Below are positions 39,679-51,643 of a stretch of 64,000 nucleotides of DNA, piece after piece. Within the stretch, counting starts at the first letter, position 1. Each line of letters begins with the position of its first letter. The stretch spans positions 35,218,001 through 35,282,000 of the forward strand of contig OZ076409.1 in assembly GCA_964187785.1 (NCBI GenBank), read 5' to 3'. A program made the position numbers and the translations under genes. The stretch is from Amphiscolops sp. MND2022 (lineage: Eukaryota). Under the pieces are notes generated by a model. That model was not told the DNA's origin. It ran no database searches and worked only from the letters and a program-made list of their open reading frames with translations.

Positions 39679-40765
39679 CATGATATCGATTACCCTAAGT
39701 TGTCATGTTCAAGAAAGCTAAAGGAAAAGCTGCAGGTAACAATTGCAAAGTTGTTTACACATTTGATTCTGAGCGAACAGGGAATTCCACCTTCAATCGT
39801 CACGCCGATGCATTTTCAAGGGCCAAAAGCAAAGAACTGAAGTTTGTTTTTACCATGACGTTTATTTTTGTTCTCAAGGCGAAATAATATACGAGAAACA
39901 TGTTCTTCCCCTGACATTTGTGGACGATCCTGTGGTGAAATCATCAGCACTTGGTATCAAGGTTTGTGCGAGAACTGTGCGACATGAAATTTTGGCAAAC
40001 TTTGGTACCGCCATGCGCGACTGTGCCCCATTCAAGCACAGTTCATAGTTATTTGTTGCGTTGCACACACGACCTTGTCATTCGAGACATTTTCAAAAAT
40101 CTAACGTGCAAAGGATGCATTGGAAGAAGGAAACAAATTGTTAGCGGAAAAGCGACATCAAGCTATCATTAAACACAATGGAATGCTCGTTACAGGGTTG
40201 AAGGAGCAATGAAGAAACAACCGGAGAACCGAAGTCTGCTACAAACGTAACAACAACGTAACAACTCCGATTCAACTTTAGAACTATCTCCAGTCAGACC
40301 ATGCGAAGTCCACAGAAACAATGCTAAAATGGGAGGTCCCGTTGAGAAAAAGTGGATCGATGAGTTCCAGCTGAAAATGAGCGAAGATATAGCATAGATG
40401 CAAGCCGATTAACTGACTCTTACAATATTTCTGCAGCGGATTTTGGATGGACTTCCTACTAGTGAGGGAGCAGTCGAAGGGGGATTTTCACAACACATTG
40501 GCGCAGTGTTTTGACATCGCTAATTTTTTCCGCTAATCACTAAACCGCTAATTTGGAGATCGCTATTTCGCTGAAAAGCTTTTTCTGTGAACTATTAAAT
40601 GTTTAGCCTCAAGTATGTTTCAAAAAAACTTATTCGGTTCTTGGAAGAAAAAAGACTATAATTTTTTGTACTGTGCGAGTTTTACAAGGCTAAGAGTTGG
40701 AATTTTTCCGAAACCCAGAAGAAATTTTGAATTTGGACGGTCTATTTGTTACCGCTAATTGGAAT

Positions 40766-40862
40766 TGTTAGTTCCGTTCGTTTATTCTTTTGCTGTTTTT
40801 AGATTAAATGTTGGTTCATTGTATACCGTGTTAATACAATCTTGCCCGCATCAATTTTTACA
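40766..40862 (+). repeat. 5' LTR
   Basis: tgttagttcc...tttttaca, identical to 44961..45057. Confidence 0.9.
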
Positions 40863-40876
40863 TGGTAGCAGGATGG
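40863..40876 (+). promoter_or_regulatory. Primer binding site (initiator tRNA-Met type)
   Basis: tggtagcaggatgg directly after the LTR; matches the complement of the animal tRNA-iMet 3' end (TGGTAGCAGAGGATGG, from memory) with a 2-nt gap. Confidence 0.75.
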
Positions 40877-43800
40877 ACACAGAGTCTACTAGAAGTACCT
40901 CCTACAAAAACCCACCGGTAATGAGAGATGGATTACAATATGAATCCTGGAAGCAAGAAGTTGCTATGTGGCAACTGGTCACTGATTTACCTAAACAGAA
41001 GCAGGCTCTCGCTTTAGCTTTGAGCTTGAATGGAAAATTTCGATCTGTAGCAGTCACCATTCCCAGCACAGACTTGAACGCTGAGGATGGTATGGATCGA
41101 CTTTTGGCTAAGTTGGACGAGAACTTCAAGAAAGAAAGTGCCGATCGAGCATTCGAATGCTATGAAGAGTTCGAAGCTGTTGTCAGATCAGTGGACGAAG
41201 CAGTCGGTGATTTCATCATCAGATTTGAAATTGCAGCTGAAAGAGCAGAAAGCTTTGGAATGAAGTTGCCAGACAGCATCAAAGCTTATAAAATTTTGAA
41301 GGCCTGTAGAGTATCTGACACTGAGAGAAGAGTTATTTTGACCACATGTGTAAAACTAGAGTATTCCACAATGAAATCGACTCTGCGAAGAACTTTCGCG
41401 GCTTCTAACCCTTTGTATTGTGCAGAAATCAAAGAAGAGCCTGTTTTTGTGACTAGCTCGAGGCCCAGAGAGCGAGACACAAAACCTCATCTCGGAAGTT
41501 CTCATGGTAATAGAAAAAACGATCGCGTTACAAATCCTCCATCAAAAAGTGGCTCGATTTCGCGCTGTGCAAAGTGTGGATCAATCTATCATTGGGTAAA
41601 GAACTGTCCGGATAAAAGCAAATAGAGTCTCATAGTTCAGCCCAAATAACCGCTTCCAATGATATCTCGAATGACTGCGCTCGAGAAGTTCATTATGCTA
41701 GTCTGCCGAATGTTCTTCTTGAGGAATCACTTGGAAAAGCTGTCATAGACACTGCTTGTACCAGCACAGTTTGCGGAGAACATTGGCTGGAAGACTTTGC
41801 CTTCAAATTGCCTGAAAAAGAACGGGAAAACATCAAAAAGTACAGATCTACCAAATCAATATCTTTTGGGGCTGGAGATCCTGTGAAATCGTTATATTTT
41901 GCTATTTTGCCCGTCAAAATTGGAGACAATTGGATAAAACTTGGAGTTGAAGTTCTGGATTGCAGCCTACCTCTTTTATTCAGCATCACAACATTACGTA
42001 AGTTGGGAACCAACATTAATCTAAACGGAAAAACAGATTTGAGTTTTTGGGAGAACAAATTGAAACTCATCATTCAACTTCAGGACACGTCATGGTTCCT
42101 TTGATTGATAACTGTAACTACGCCTTTGTTTGTAGAACTGACGATGTATTGAGCGACAGTCAGCTTCAGAAACTTCACATACAGTTTGGACATTGCAGTG
42201 AGGGTAAATTGATACAACTTTTGCAGAATGCACGCAAGAGTAATTTGTCTAAACACGAACGTGAAACCCTTGAACGGATTAGTGGGTCCTGTGAAATATG
42301 TCGGAAACATGGGAGATGTCAACCGAAACCAATAGTTGCCCTTCCTATGGCGACTAGGTTTAATCAATGTGTCAGTATGGATCTGCATGAATTAACCGAA
42401 ATTCAACCCCATATCTGGTATTTCCACATGGTCGACGTGTTCACACGATTTTCAAATGCCTGTATTGTTAGGACAAAAAAGTGTGAGACCATTTTGGGAT
42501 GCTTCGTCAGACATTGGATCAATATTTTTGGTCCTCCGGACATGATCCTTTTCGACAATGGTGGGGAATTCGAGAATAAAACGATGAAAGACTTTTGCGA
42601 ACAGTTTGCGATCACAGTCAGGTCTACTGCCGGTTATAGCCCCTGGAGCAATGGCACATGTGAACGTCACAACGCCGTGCTCACTGAGACGTTTTTGAAG
42701 ACTCTTGAGGGACGTAACTGAGATCCAGAAGTTCAAGAGAAAAGCGAAGAATTGCGTTTGACAGTCATCGGTACCCCGAAAAAGAATCAGAAATACAGAA
42801 TAAAGTTTCACGATGAGGAAGAATTCAAAACTGCTAAAGTGTTGCGCAGAGCTGGGAAGGCCACTGGGAAGTACCGTGATCACTACATCGTCACCTACGA
42901 AGAACCGGAGTCGTGGAGAGGTTTTCATGGCGAAATCAACTTCAAGGAGGACCTTTCTATCTCTGAAGCAATCGATTCTACATGCGAAAGCAACTTGACG
43001 AACGAAATCATGCTGACTGAAAGTGCTCTTGTGCAATTTGATGAACAAGATTTCCTTCGAGCAAAGAATGAAGAGCTGGAAAAGTGGCAAGATATGAAGG
43101 TCTACCAGAAAGTTCCAAAAGTTGAAGGGAAAACGATCAGAACCCGCTGGGTCCTCTCTGAAAAGAACGGTAAAGCTAGAGCCCGGCTAGTGGCTAAAGG
43201 CTATCAAGATCATGATGTTACAGATGATCCAACCCTCAAGGACTCACCTACGTGCAGTAAGGAGTCTTTACGCATCCTACTTTTAACCATCATCAACAAA
43301 TCTTGGCCACTTTTATCAGTCGATGTGAAAGCAGCCTTTTTACAAGGGAAATCTATCGACAGAAACGTATATCTCACTCCCCCTCCCGAATCTGAAGACC
43401 GTGATTGCTCTTGGAAGTTGCTGAAGTGTGTTTACGGCCTGGACGACGCTTCTCGATATTGGTATCTGAAAGTGCGCGATTTTCTGACGACAATGGGCAT
43501 GACAGTTTCGAAATATGACAATTGCGTCTTTCTAAAAATCTCCCACAACATTTTAGATGGATTAGTATGTTTCCATGTAGATGATTTTTTATGGACTGGA
43601 AAAGAACATTTTATTAACAAAACTCTGGGAAAGTTCAAAGAGACTTTTATTGTTGGATCTGAGAACGCAGAAAGCTTCACGTATCTTGGCGTGCAGATAA
43701 CGTTATCGAAAAACCGTATTTCTATCGCTCAGACGAGTTTTATAGAGAACTTATGTGAAATTGACGATCGAACGGTTGAAAACAAGAGTTCAGACTGAAT

Positions 43801-44468
43801 TGCGCAGTATTCTGGGAAAGTTACAATGGATTGCAACGCAGACTCGCCCAGACATTGCTTACCAGGTTTCCGATATTTCCATGAGAAATACGAAGGACTC
43901 CGACATATCGTTGATCAAACGAGCTAATAAAATTATCCGTGAACTGAAATTCGAGAAAAACAGGTCTCTGATTCTTGAAAAATTCGAACATGACTTCTCG
44001 ACTTCAAAATTGGCAGTATTCAGTGATGCATCACTCGGGAATAATGTGGATGGAACAACACAAGGAGGAGTTCTTGTTTGTGTGGAAAACGGCGTATCGA
44101 TTGTCCCAGTTTCTTGGCACTCGAGAAAATTAAGTAGAGTTGCCCATAGTACGCTTTGTGCGGAATCTTTAGCTCTCTGTGACGGAATTGACTGTGGAAT
44201 TGCTCTACGTAATCAATTTGTTGAGTTTTGGAGAAAGCAGATACCTATATTTTGCTATGTGGACAACAAATCGCTAATAGACTCTATCAATTCCTTGAAA
44301 AATGTCACGGAGAAACGCTTGAGAATTGAAATTGCGTATATCATAGAAGCTGTTCAAAACGAGAACGTCAAAGTTCAGTTCATACCCTCAGAACGTCAAC
44401 TTGCTGATTGTCTTACCAAACATTCTAAAACTTCCTCAGCAAAAATGAAGAAAATCACAGGAATTTGA
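40873..44468 (+). pseudogene. Copia gag-pol polyprotein, disrupted
   Basis: Frame changes near 41615, 42045 and 43790; in-frame TGA at 42719; integrase C-terminal part appears deleted. Confidence 0.85.
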
Positions 44469-44960
44469 TGTTTTATTGAAAATCAGAATTGGAGCTGTTT
44501 ATTCTTCATGAATTTTTCATGACGTCACTCGTCATTTCAATCATTAATTCCGTGATGTCACTATTGTTCACTACATGTGATTTCGTGTGCATACTCTTCT
44601 ATGCAAAAATTGTGCTTTTAATGTGTGACGTAATTGATTAGTCAGTTAATCTTACAATTCTTCATTGCCACATTATTACATAATCTGTACATGACGTCAC
44701 TTGACCTCTGCTTGTTCAATACTTGTCTGTAATGTTTTGTTCGTATGCCATTACGATGATAATTTATTCATTTCATGAGGCTGCATCGATATTGCATAAT
44801 TTAGTTCTCACACAAGCGGTTTGTGATCTCGTGCTTTTAATTAATTCCTTTGATGATCACCAACCACTGAGCTTTCAGCCACCAGCAGTTTTCATTTGCG
44901 TGCTGTTACTTCATTATGCTTCATGAATTCCTATTCTTCACTTTTGAAATAGTGCGAATA

Positions 44961-45057
44961 TGTTAGTTCCGTTCGTTTATTCTTTTGCTGTTTTTAGATT
45001 AAATGTTGGTTCATTGTATACCGTGTTAATACAATCTTGCCCGCATCAATTTTTACA
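44961..45057 (+). repeat. 3' LTR
   Basis: tgttagttcc...tttttaca, identical to 40766..40862. Confidence 0.9.
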
Positions 45058-47032
45058 GCCGCATCAATCGCTAATGAAATCGCTGAAAAATTCCTGCGCG
45101 GGAGCTAATTCGCTAAATCGCTGATTAGCGGTGTCAAAACTCTGCAATGGCGATTCATTTCGACAATTTACAGCCGACTTCGGCTAATCGATTACTGGCG
45201 GGACCGGCAAAAACTATTCGATTCAGCAAAATATTCCATTAAACGAAACCATGCTAGTAGATTCTTTACAGACTAGGATTGAAATTTTATTCGTTTACCC
45301 GAAATATCGGATGAGCCGATATTCGATTATCCGAAATCTACTGTATTGCTAATTTCGAACGTCACACGATAAGAATCTTGATGGAAAAGATTTTATTTGT
45401 GCGGCAAATCACATTAAAAAGTCACAATCCACCGAATAAGCCACTTTGGTGGACGTTTTCCATGATGAAACTGATTAATTTCAATATTCATTAATGAACG
45501 TTTCCCATTCAAAAAGGTCCTGAACCCGCATCGTCCACCTGTGACTCGTATCTTCAACCCGTAACCCGTGCGGAACAAACCCCAGGCTATAGGCTTTGTT
45601 ACTTGAATAGTGAGCGGCAATGATTTTCTGCATTCGTATTTGAATGCAGGAGAAGCTCTCAGGGAACGATAACTTAGTAAACACTCGATTGCTTTGTGCC
45701 TATAAAAGTGTCCCCTTTGCTGCTAAGAGAGTTAGACTAGAGGTGTTTTCTAGATGCCTAGACGAGAAAACAAATAAGTCGATAATTTGGGAACGCGCAT
45801 TAGGCAGACATCAATTAAACCGACAATCAAATAAACCGTGTCAAAAAGACTTCAATTATCCGATTGGTAGGAAAGTTTTCATTGCAAGTCACTGGTTTCA
45901 ATACTGAACAGCAAGGACTCAAAGTAACCATTCTTGTCGGTCTAATGCCGTGACGTTTCAATTGTTTGTCGGCATAACGCATCACCTCCATAATTTGGTG
46001 GGGGAAAACAAGCCACAAAACATGTTTACTGTTTTACCATTTCAGGCTTTGTAGAAATATTAGAAATATAAACCGACGCAAAAACAAAAACCTAGTACTT
46101 TTCATTCAATTTGGGCGACGCCTTCAAAGATTTCGTAATAATTCTATGGTTAAATTTAGTATTTGATTTGATTTCAAAACCGTAACCGCAAAGTTAGTAG
46201 CATGCATGAATGAATTCAAGAATCCAAGAATTGACCATGTTTCACGTGGCACTAAATTTTATAACTTGGCTTCACAAACTCTTTCAAATCTTAACAGATA
46301 TAACTGACTAGAAAGAATCGGTTGGTTATTTGATTGCCGTAAATTAGCGTGACATCAAAAGATCGCAATGATCAAACGATCGCAACCGTCTGATCAAAAC
46401 AGTCATTCCATGTTATGAAAATACCCGATAAAATCTGTTTGTTCACTCACTCAAACTCTTGATTTGTTGACCTTTGATGACATGATCAACAACCAGAAAT
46501 TTGACTAGACCAATTATAGTCGCAACACGGTCCTTACCAAATGCTATTAGTCTCTTTTCAACATGATAGACACTATTTTCAAAAATAACTTCCATTCGGC
46601 GTTAACAACTGTTCAACTCGTCAATACTCGTCATTCAAAATGATTTCATTGGAAAGTTTAATCTAGACACTCATTCAGGTCATTTCAGTGAGTCCTAATA
46701 TTTGATTAGCTGTCTTCTTCCCGACTGCAATACAAAGTGTAGTAATCAGAGACCATTAAAATTTCAGAAGATACTTATAATGGTCATAAATTATTACCTA
46801 GAAATCAGAGGTGATGACTCTGAGATACCAAATTTATGGATAATTGTCTTTTGAAGAAGTCAAACTGAATTAGTCAGCACTTTGTAATCACAGTTGCTAA
46901 ATATATCCGATTCCAAAATTATTCCATATTTGATGAAATGCCAGAATATTATCAGTTAATGAAATTATATTGATAACTGAATATTTGTTCGTTTTCAGCA
47001 AATGCAAGTTTGATGTAATAAGAGGAACTCAC

Positions 47033-47156
47033 GTGACAAGAGGAATGTTAGGGATGATGAGAGCACAGTCTATTTTGTAGTCGGGCATGTTGAGTTGGAC
47101 CACTTTCAGTTTCGGAAGATCTACGATGGAGGGTGCAAACGGTAGCACTATACTTT
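47033..47156 (-). CDS. Ig-CAM exon 2 (Ig1 N-half)
   Basis: tttcag|...SIVLPFAPSIVDLPKLKVVQLNMPDYKIDCALIIPNIPLVT|gtgagt; phase 1 to 2. Confidence 0.8.
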
Positions 47157-47953
47157 CTGAAACAAAAACTCTATTCTAAAGAGAAAATTCAAAATTCAGC
47201 ACTCAAAAATCACTACATCAACAAAATCAAGCTTTATCGCCCATTAAAAATATTTTTATGAATCTCTGATATCTTTCGACTTCTCTAACAAAGGTATTGT
47301 TTGAAAAGAAAGTGTTGCGAAACCCTAGAATAATAATTGCAAGCTTTGCACGTGCTCATGTTAAAGAGGGGCGCGTCGATTAAATTTTTGGTGTCAAGAC
47401 GCAGCAAATAACTGGTTAGAACAATGGAGAAGGATTTACACGAGGTTGTCATGTCACAATTTTACTGATCGCCAAAAAGTTGGGCTGTACGATTAGGTAG
47501 CACTTGAAGGTTTGTCAAAGTTAATGACAGCACTCCATAGTAGACTATAAGGCACTGTATCATTATTGGTTAAGGTCAGGTCAATCTACAGCCATTTAGA
47601 CAGAGAATGGAGCTACGGAGAGGAGCAAAAACTCGGTTCCCCTTTAGTTGATTGCATCTAAAGTTTTGTAGGCTCATTTTCCCTACTACTCGGGTAATCG
47701 ATTTTGTGGTTAACAGTCCGATTCCACCGCCGGTGCATGCAGAAACAAGAGGGCTGAAAACGCCTTTCTCAATGTTGACTCGTAGCGTAGCCCGTATTCC
47801 AGCTTTTTCTGAGATTTATAAAACAAAAAATAGTTGATATCTTTGGTGCACGTTTTTGCGAGCGGATTAAGAAAGACTTCGACAAGACGGCAAGCCCACA
47901 GATGCAGAGAGAGAGAGAAAACAGAACACCTTTTAAAAAGCAATATAATTTTA

Positions 47954-48021
47954 TCTACAATTGAAATCTTTTCCAACGAAGAAACTATAGTTTCTTCGTT
48001 GGAAAAGATTTCAATTGTAGA
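47954..48021. repeat. Perfect 68-bp palindrome (no spacer)
   Basis: tctacaattgaaatcttttccaacgaagaaacta|tagtttcttcgttggaaaagatttcaattgtaga. Confidence 0.95.
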
Positions 48022-48973
48022 AAAATTATTTTACTAGTTTAAATCACAGACTATGGTATAGTTCATGTCATGATTCCACATGCTCAGTTCATTTTTTCAC
48101 GGATTTAGGACAATACATAATACCCGGGCAAACCAAAAATACGATCCATAACCAATTGCCTCCCTATATCTCCACTTGACACTAAACTTGAGTATTATTA
48201 ATTTTTACCTCATCTGGGAAACATCTCAATCTAATTCCAATCAGTTGGCACGTAATCAAATGGAAACACGAAATTTGACTTTCATAGGCGTACACTATAA
48301 CATCATGGGAGGTATACAACCTCTTATAATTTCCTATTCAGAACAGGTATCATAGTGTGCGAGAGACAATGCTACACAAAATGGCATCCTGATGCTCTGT
48401 ACCTTGTATGTCGTACGTGCTACTACTGCACACGGAGCTCGCGCCAGGGAATTAACTCCCGGATTTTATCAATTCTTTTTTTCTCATTACAAATTGGCAC
48501 AAGTCATAAAAATTCGTGGGCCGTGCTTTATTGATTGCGGCGGGAGGACGATGAAAGTGTGAGTAAAGTATACCAACTCGGATACATTCAGAAAACAGTG
48601 CATTAAGTTCATTGCTCCCTTTATGTTGCAATTAAAGTGGGAAAAAGATATTTAGCTTGAATATTCCTTTTACGTAATAGTGAATATGGGACCTAAAACT
48701 TCATTAGCTGAAGTGACATCATCCCCAAGAACGTATTTGTCTTTGGAATAGAGAGATTTGGAAATAGTAAGACGCAAAAACAGAACGTGTAAAATGGCAA
48801 ATGTGTTTTACAAGATATACAAAAACAAAACACTGACTGGTATAAATACATCTTACAAAAAATTCCATTGGAAACTGTTTTCTCGGCGTTGTTACTCATG
48901 ACTGTGCTCCCAAGACACAAATGAAAATTACATGATATGGCAATTTTGAGATCAGCGGTATCATTATTTGCAA

Positions 48974-49333
48974 AAACAAGCCGGGAACGGCCCAAGTCGG
49001 CGCCATATCCAAGGCTCAAAAATAGCAAAAGGACTTCAAATTTCCAAGTATTGGTGAATTGGGAACACTTTTACGAAAAAAAATTTTTCGAAAAAAGTCC
49101 CACAATGCCGAAAAAAAACTGAAAGGATCTCGTCCGGTATTGTATGTTACGCGGGAAACCTTTTTGGTTCAGTTCCTTGGGCCACCAGGTACATTTTGGC
49201 GTCTTCTGTAAATTTTGTAGAACTTTTGGTAGAACTATTTTGGTCAGTTCAGGTCTATTTTGGTCTTAAAAAAACTCTGACGAAAAGCCATGACTATAGT
49301 CGACTCTTTTCTCGAGAAAAGCGCCGACTAAAA
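48974..49333 (-). mobile_element. Family B element (both ends intact)
   Basis: aaacaagccgggaacggcccaagtcggcgccatatc ... agtcgactcttttctcgagaaaagcgccgactaaaa. Confidence 0.8.
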
Positions 49334-51184
49334 ATACATCGCCCTCCTAATAATAAATGCCACCAGTTGACATTTGAATTACCCTTCGGAAAAATTCCGG
49401 ACTACGTCACTTGAACCCTGTATGGCTTGAAGCAGAGAACTTCCACTGTTCTTACACGACCGAACTCAAAGAAATCATCAGAAGGCAATAACATGATTGC
49501 CATGTGACATGATTTTTCATCCCTTTTTGTTCCTCATTCGCTTGAACAAATAAAAATTATCTCCACCTACTGCATTAGAAAGGAATCAGTTCTTGGAATG
49601 GGTTGGAACAATAGGAAAGCTCAAGGGATTCATATCGATTGGAAAATTCAATTGGGAGAAAGATATAGAGTACGTCTGATCAGCAGTTTAGATATCAATG
49701 TCTTCTATCTACACCAGTTTGTGCATTACTCTCAAAGAATATTGGGGCATTCGAAAAAAAATGCAAGTTAAACCATCTCCAACTGGCATAAAGGATCCAC
49801 AAAAGGAGAAGGTTTTTAATGGATTACAACTAAGCAAAATTTGAGAGAAGTCTCAGCTAGACAAAGAAATAGAATTCGAGACCTCAACGAACAAATTTTC
49901 GATACCCCGGAAACAATGATTTAAATCTTTAAAAATGAAGCTCCAAAACGTTGCTTCAACATTAGCATTACTAGTTTTTTAAAACTTTTAAACAATGGAC
50001 TGATAAATTAGGCTCATTTCAATGTTCTGTTGAGCTTGAAATATATTTTAAAGCATGAGATTCGCATGCTGTTGAAGATGACGAAAAACTGAGGCCCCGC
50101 AACGATCGAATCTGGCGAATTAAACTTGCGGCCACAAACTATTTAAACTAGTACTTGAAGCCTGGTCGGTCAAAAGAGCCGCCAATTAAATTAATTGTAC
50201 TCAAAGAATTTGAAATGCATGCTTGTTGGCATTAGTACGATTTATGAACTTCTAAATGTACAACAAAGTCAAATATTCAATCAGTCAGATATTAAGATGT
50301 GAGTCATAGAATCTACTCAAGCGACACTATCTGCACACCTTTACGAGTGGCTAATCAATTCTTTTGACTTCAACAATGTCGCCTCCCGTCAGAGCATTGA
50401 ACCAGCTCCACTCTTTTATGGCTGAAAAACTTGATCGAATTGAGTGACGGGTGGCATGCCATTTCTGACTCAATCAAGGACCACTTAAACAAAAATTCGT
50501 CACCAAAATATCCTTTTTAGTCATTTCATTATTTTATTCATCCCTTTTTTGTATTCATCATCAAATAGAAATGAAAATTCATTTCTCATCATTTTCCACT
50601 GACAAACTCGGGGCGGCATAAATCATGGGCACGGACAAAAGAATTTGAGCCAACATTGGAAAATTAGAATTGAATTAATCCTTGGATGGAACAGAACACA
50701 CTTGAGATCTTTGTACCGTTGGCCTTCCATAAGAGCAGATGCAATGTTGGCGGAATGGAATGAAAGGAACTGCCTTTATTTGGAGACTAATTCTCTAGCT
50801 AGGATGTAAACATGACATTGATCTTTACAAAGCGCGGAGCATTAAAAGCTTAGTTGAACCTACTTGACACGCGAGCCAGCCGACTAAACAGTTGATATTG
50901 GCACCAAAAAGGCTTGCGCATGGTGAGACTACCATTAATCAAGTGATGTATTTGACATTTATTTCCTGTGGGTGAAGGAAACGTCTAGAAAACTAGTACT
51001 GACAAATGCACCGCTTTCAGACATCACGTAAAATTTTTGCTTAGCTGAGTTCTGACTGTTGTTAAAACAAGTGACCAAAAAAACTGCAATCGAGAAAAGG
51101 AGACATCCAACGGAAACTGCATTTCACAGTTCAAAAATTTGAATTCAGACGGAATTGAGATTAAATTTTTCACTCAAAATATAC

Positions 51185-51643
51185 AACAAGACGCCCGCTG
51201 AGGAGCGGGATATTTTCCGCCCCGAACTGTTCTACAACTACATAAATTTGAGGCTCAAGAATAACTAATGCACTATAAAAACGCTGAGAAGTTCGAAGAA
51301 AAGAAAGCTTCGATTCATCTTGTCCATTTTTCTAATTCGCGGTGTCTCAAAAAATGGCAAAAATTGCATAAAAATGTTTAAAAATGAGAAATTTGGGAAT
51401 TTTTGTCATTTTCGGGGTCATTTTGTCATTAAGGGGTCATTTTCGTCATTTTTTAAAAAAACTTCAAAAATCTCTACAAATACATATCGCACGAAGCTAA
51501 ATTTATGTGGGTTGAATTCTATGGGTAACACCCTTAAATTTAAATATAAATAAAATCTTGGCAAATTTTGTAAAAAAAAAAAAAAAAAAACCCGTTTGAT
51601 TTAAATATTTTCCTTTCCCATATGAAATATGGGCGGAAAATAA
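51185..51643 (-). mobile_element. Helentron-like element, family A, copy 3 (minimal, less than one array monomer)
   Basis: Both family A ends in reverse orientation; hairpin cccgctgaggagcggg next to subTIR tattttccgccc. Confidence 0.8.

Larger units (their letters stand above)
40766..45057 (+). mobile_element. Ty1/copia LTR retrotransposon, GalEa-like, defective
   Basis: Identical 97-bp TG..CA LTRs; PBS tggtagcag; domain order gag (CAKCGSIYHWVKNC), PR (IDTAC), INT (HHCC, DDE), RT (RARLVAKG, HVDD), RNase H (ADCLTK). Confidence 0.93.
40504..45144. mobile_element. hAT MITE (inverted copy of the 22779 family) split by the copia insertion
   Basis: 40504-40765 plus 45068-45144 reconstitute the reverse complement of 22779-23131; TSD cattggcg/caatggcg. 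Confidence 0.88.

Noticed and set aside
39860..40460. Further transposase remnant (PLTFVDDP, LRCTH)
   Set aside because: Suggestive only; too decayed and no termini found
41610..41625. Programmed -1 gag-pol frameshift
   Set aside because: No canonical slippery heptamer is visible and the element has other lesions; a 1-bp deletion in an A-run is simpler
42452..43090. 212-aa antisense ORF in the copia element
   Set aside because: Shadow of the pol reading frame; no motif
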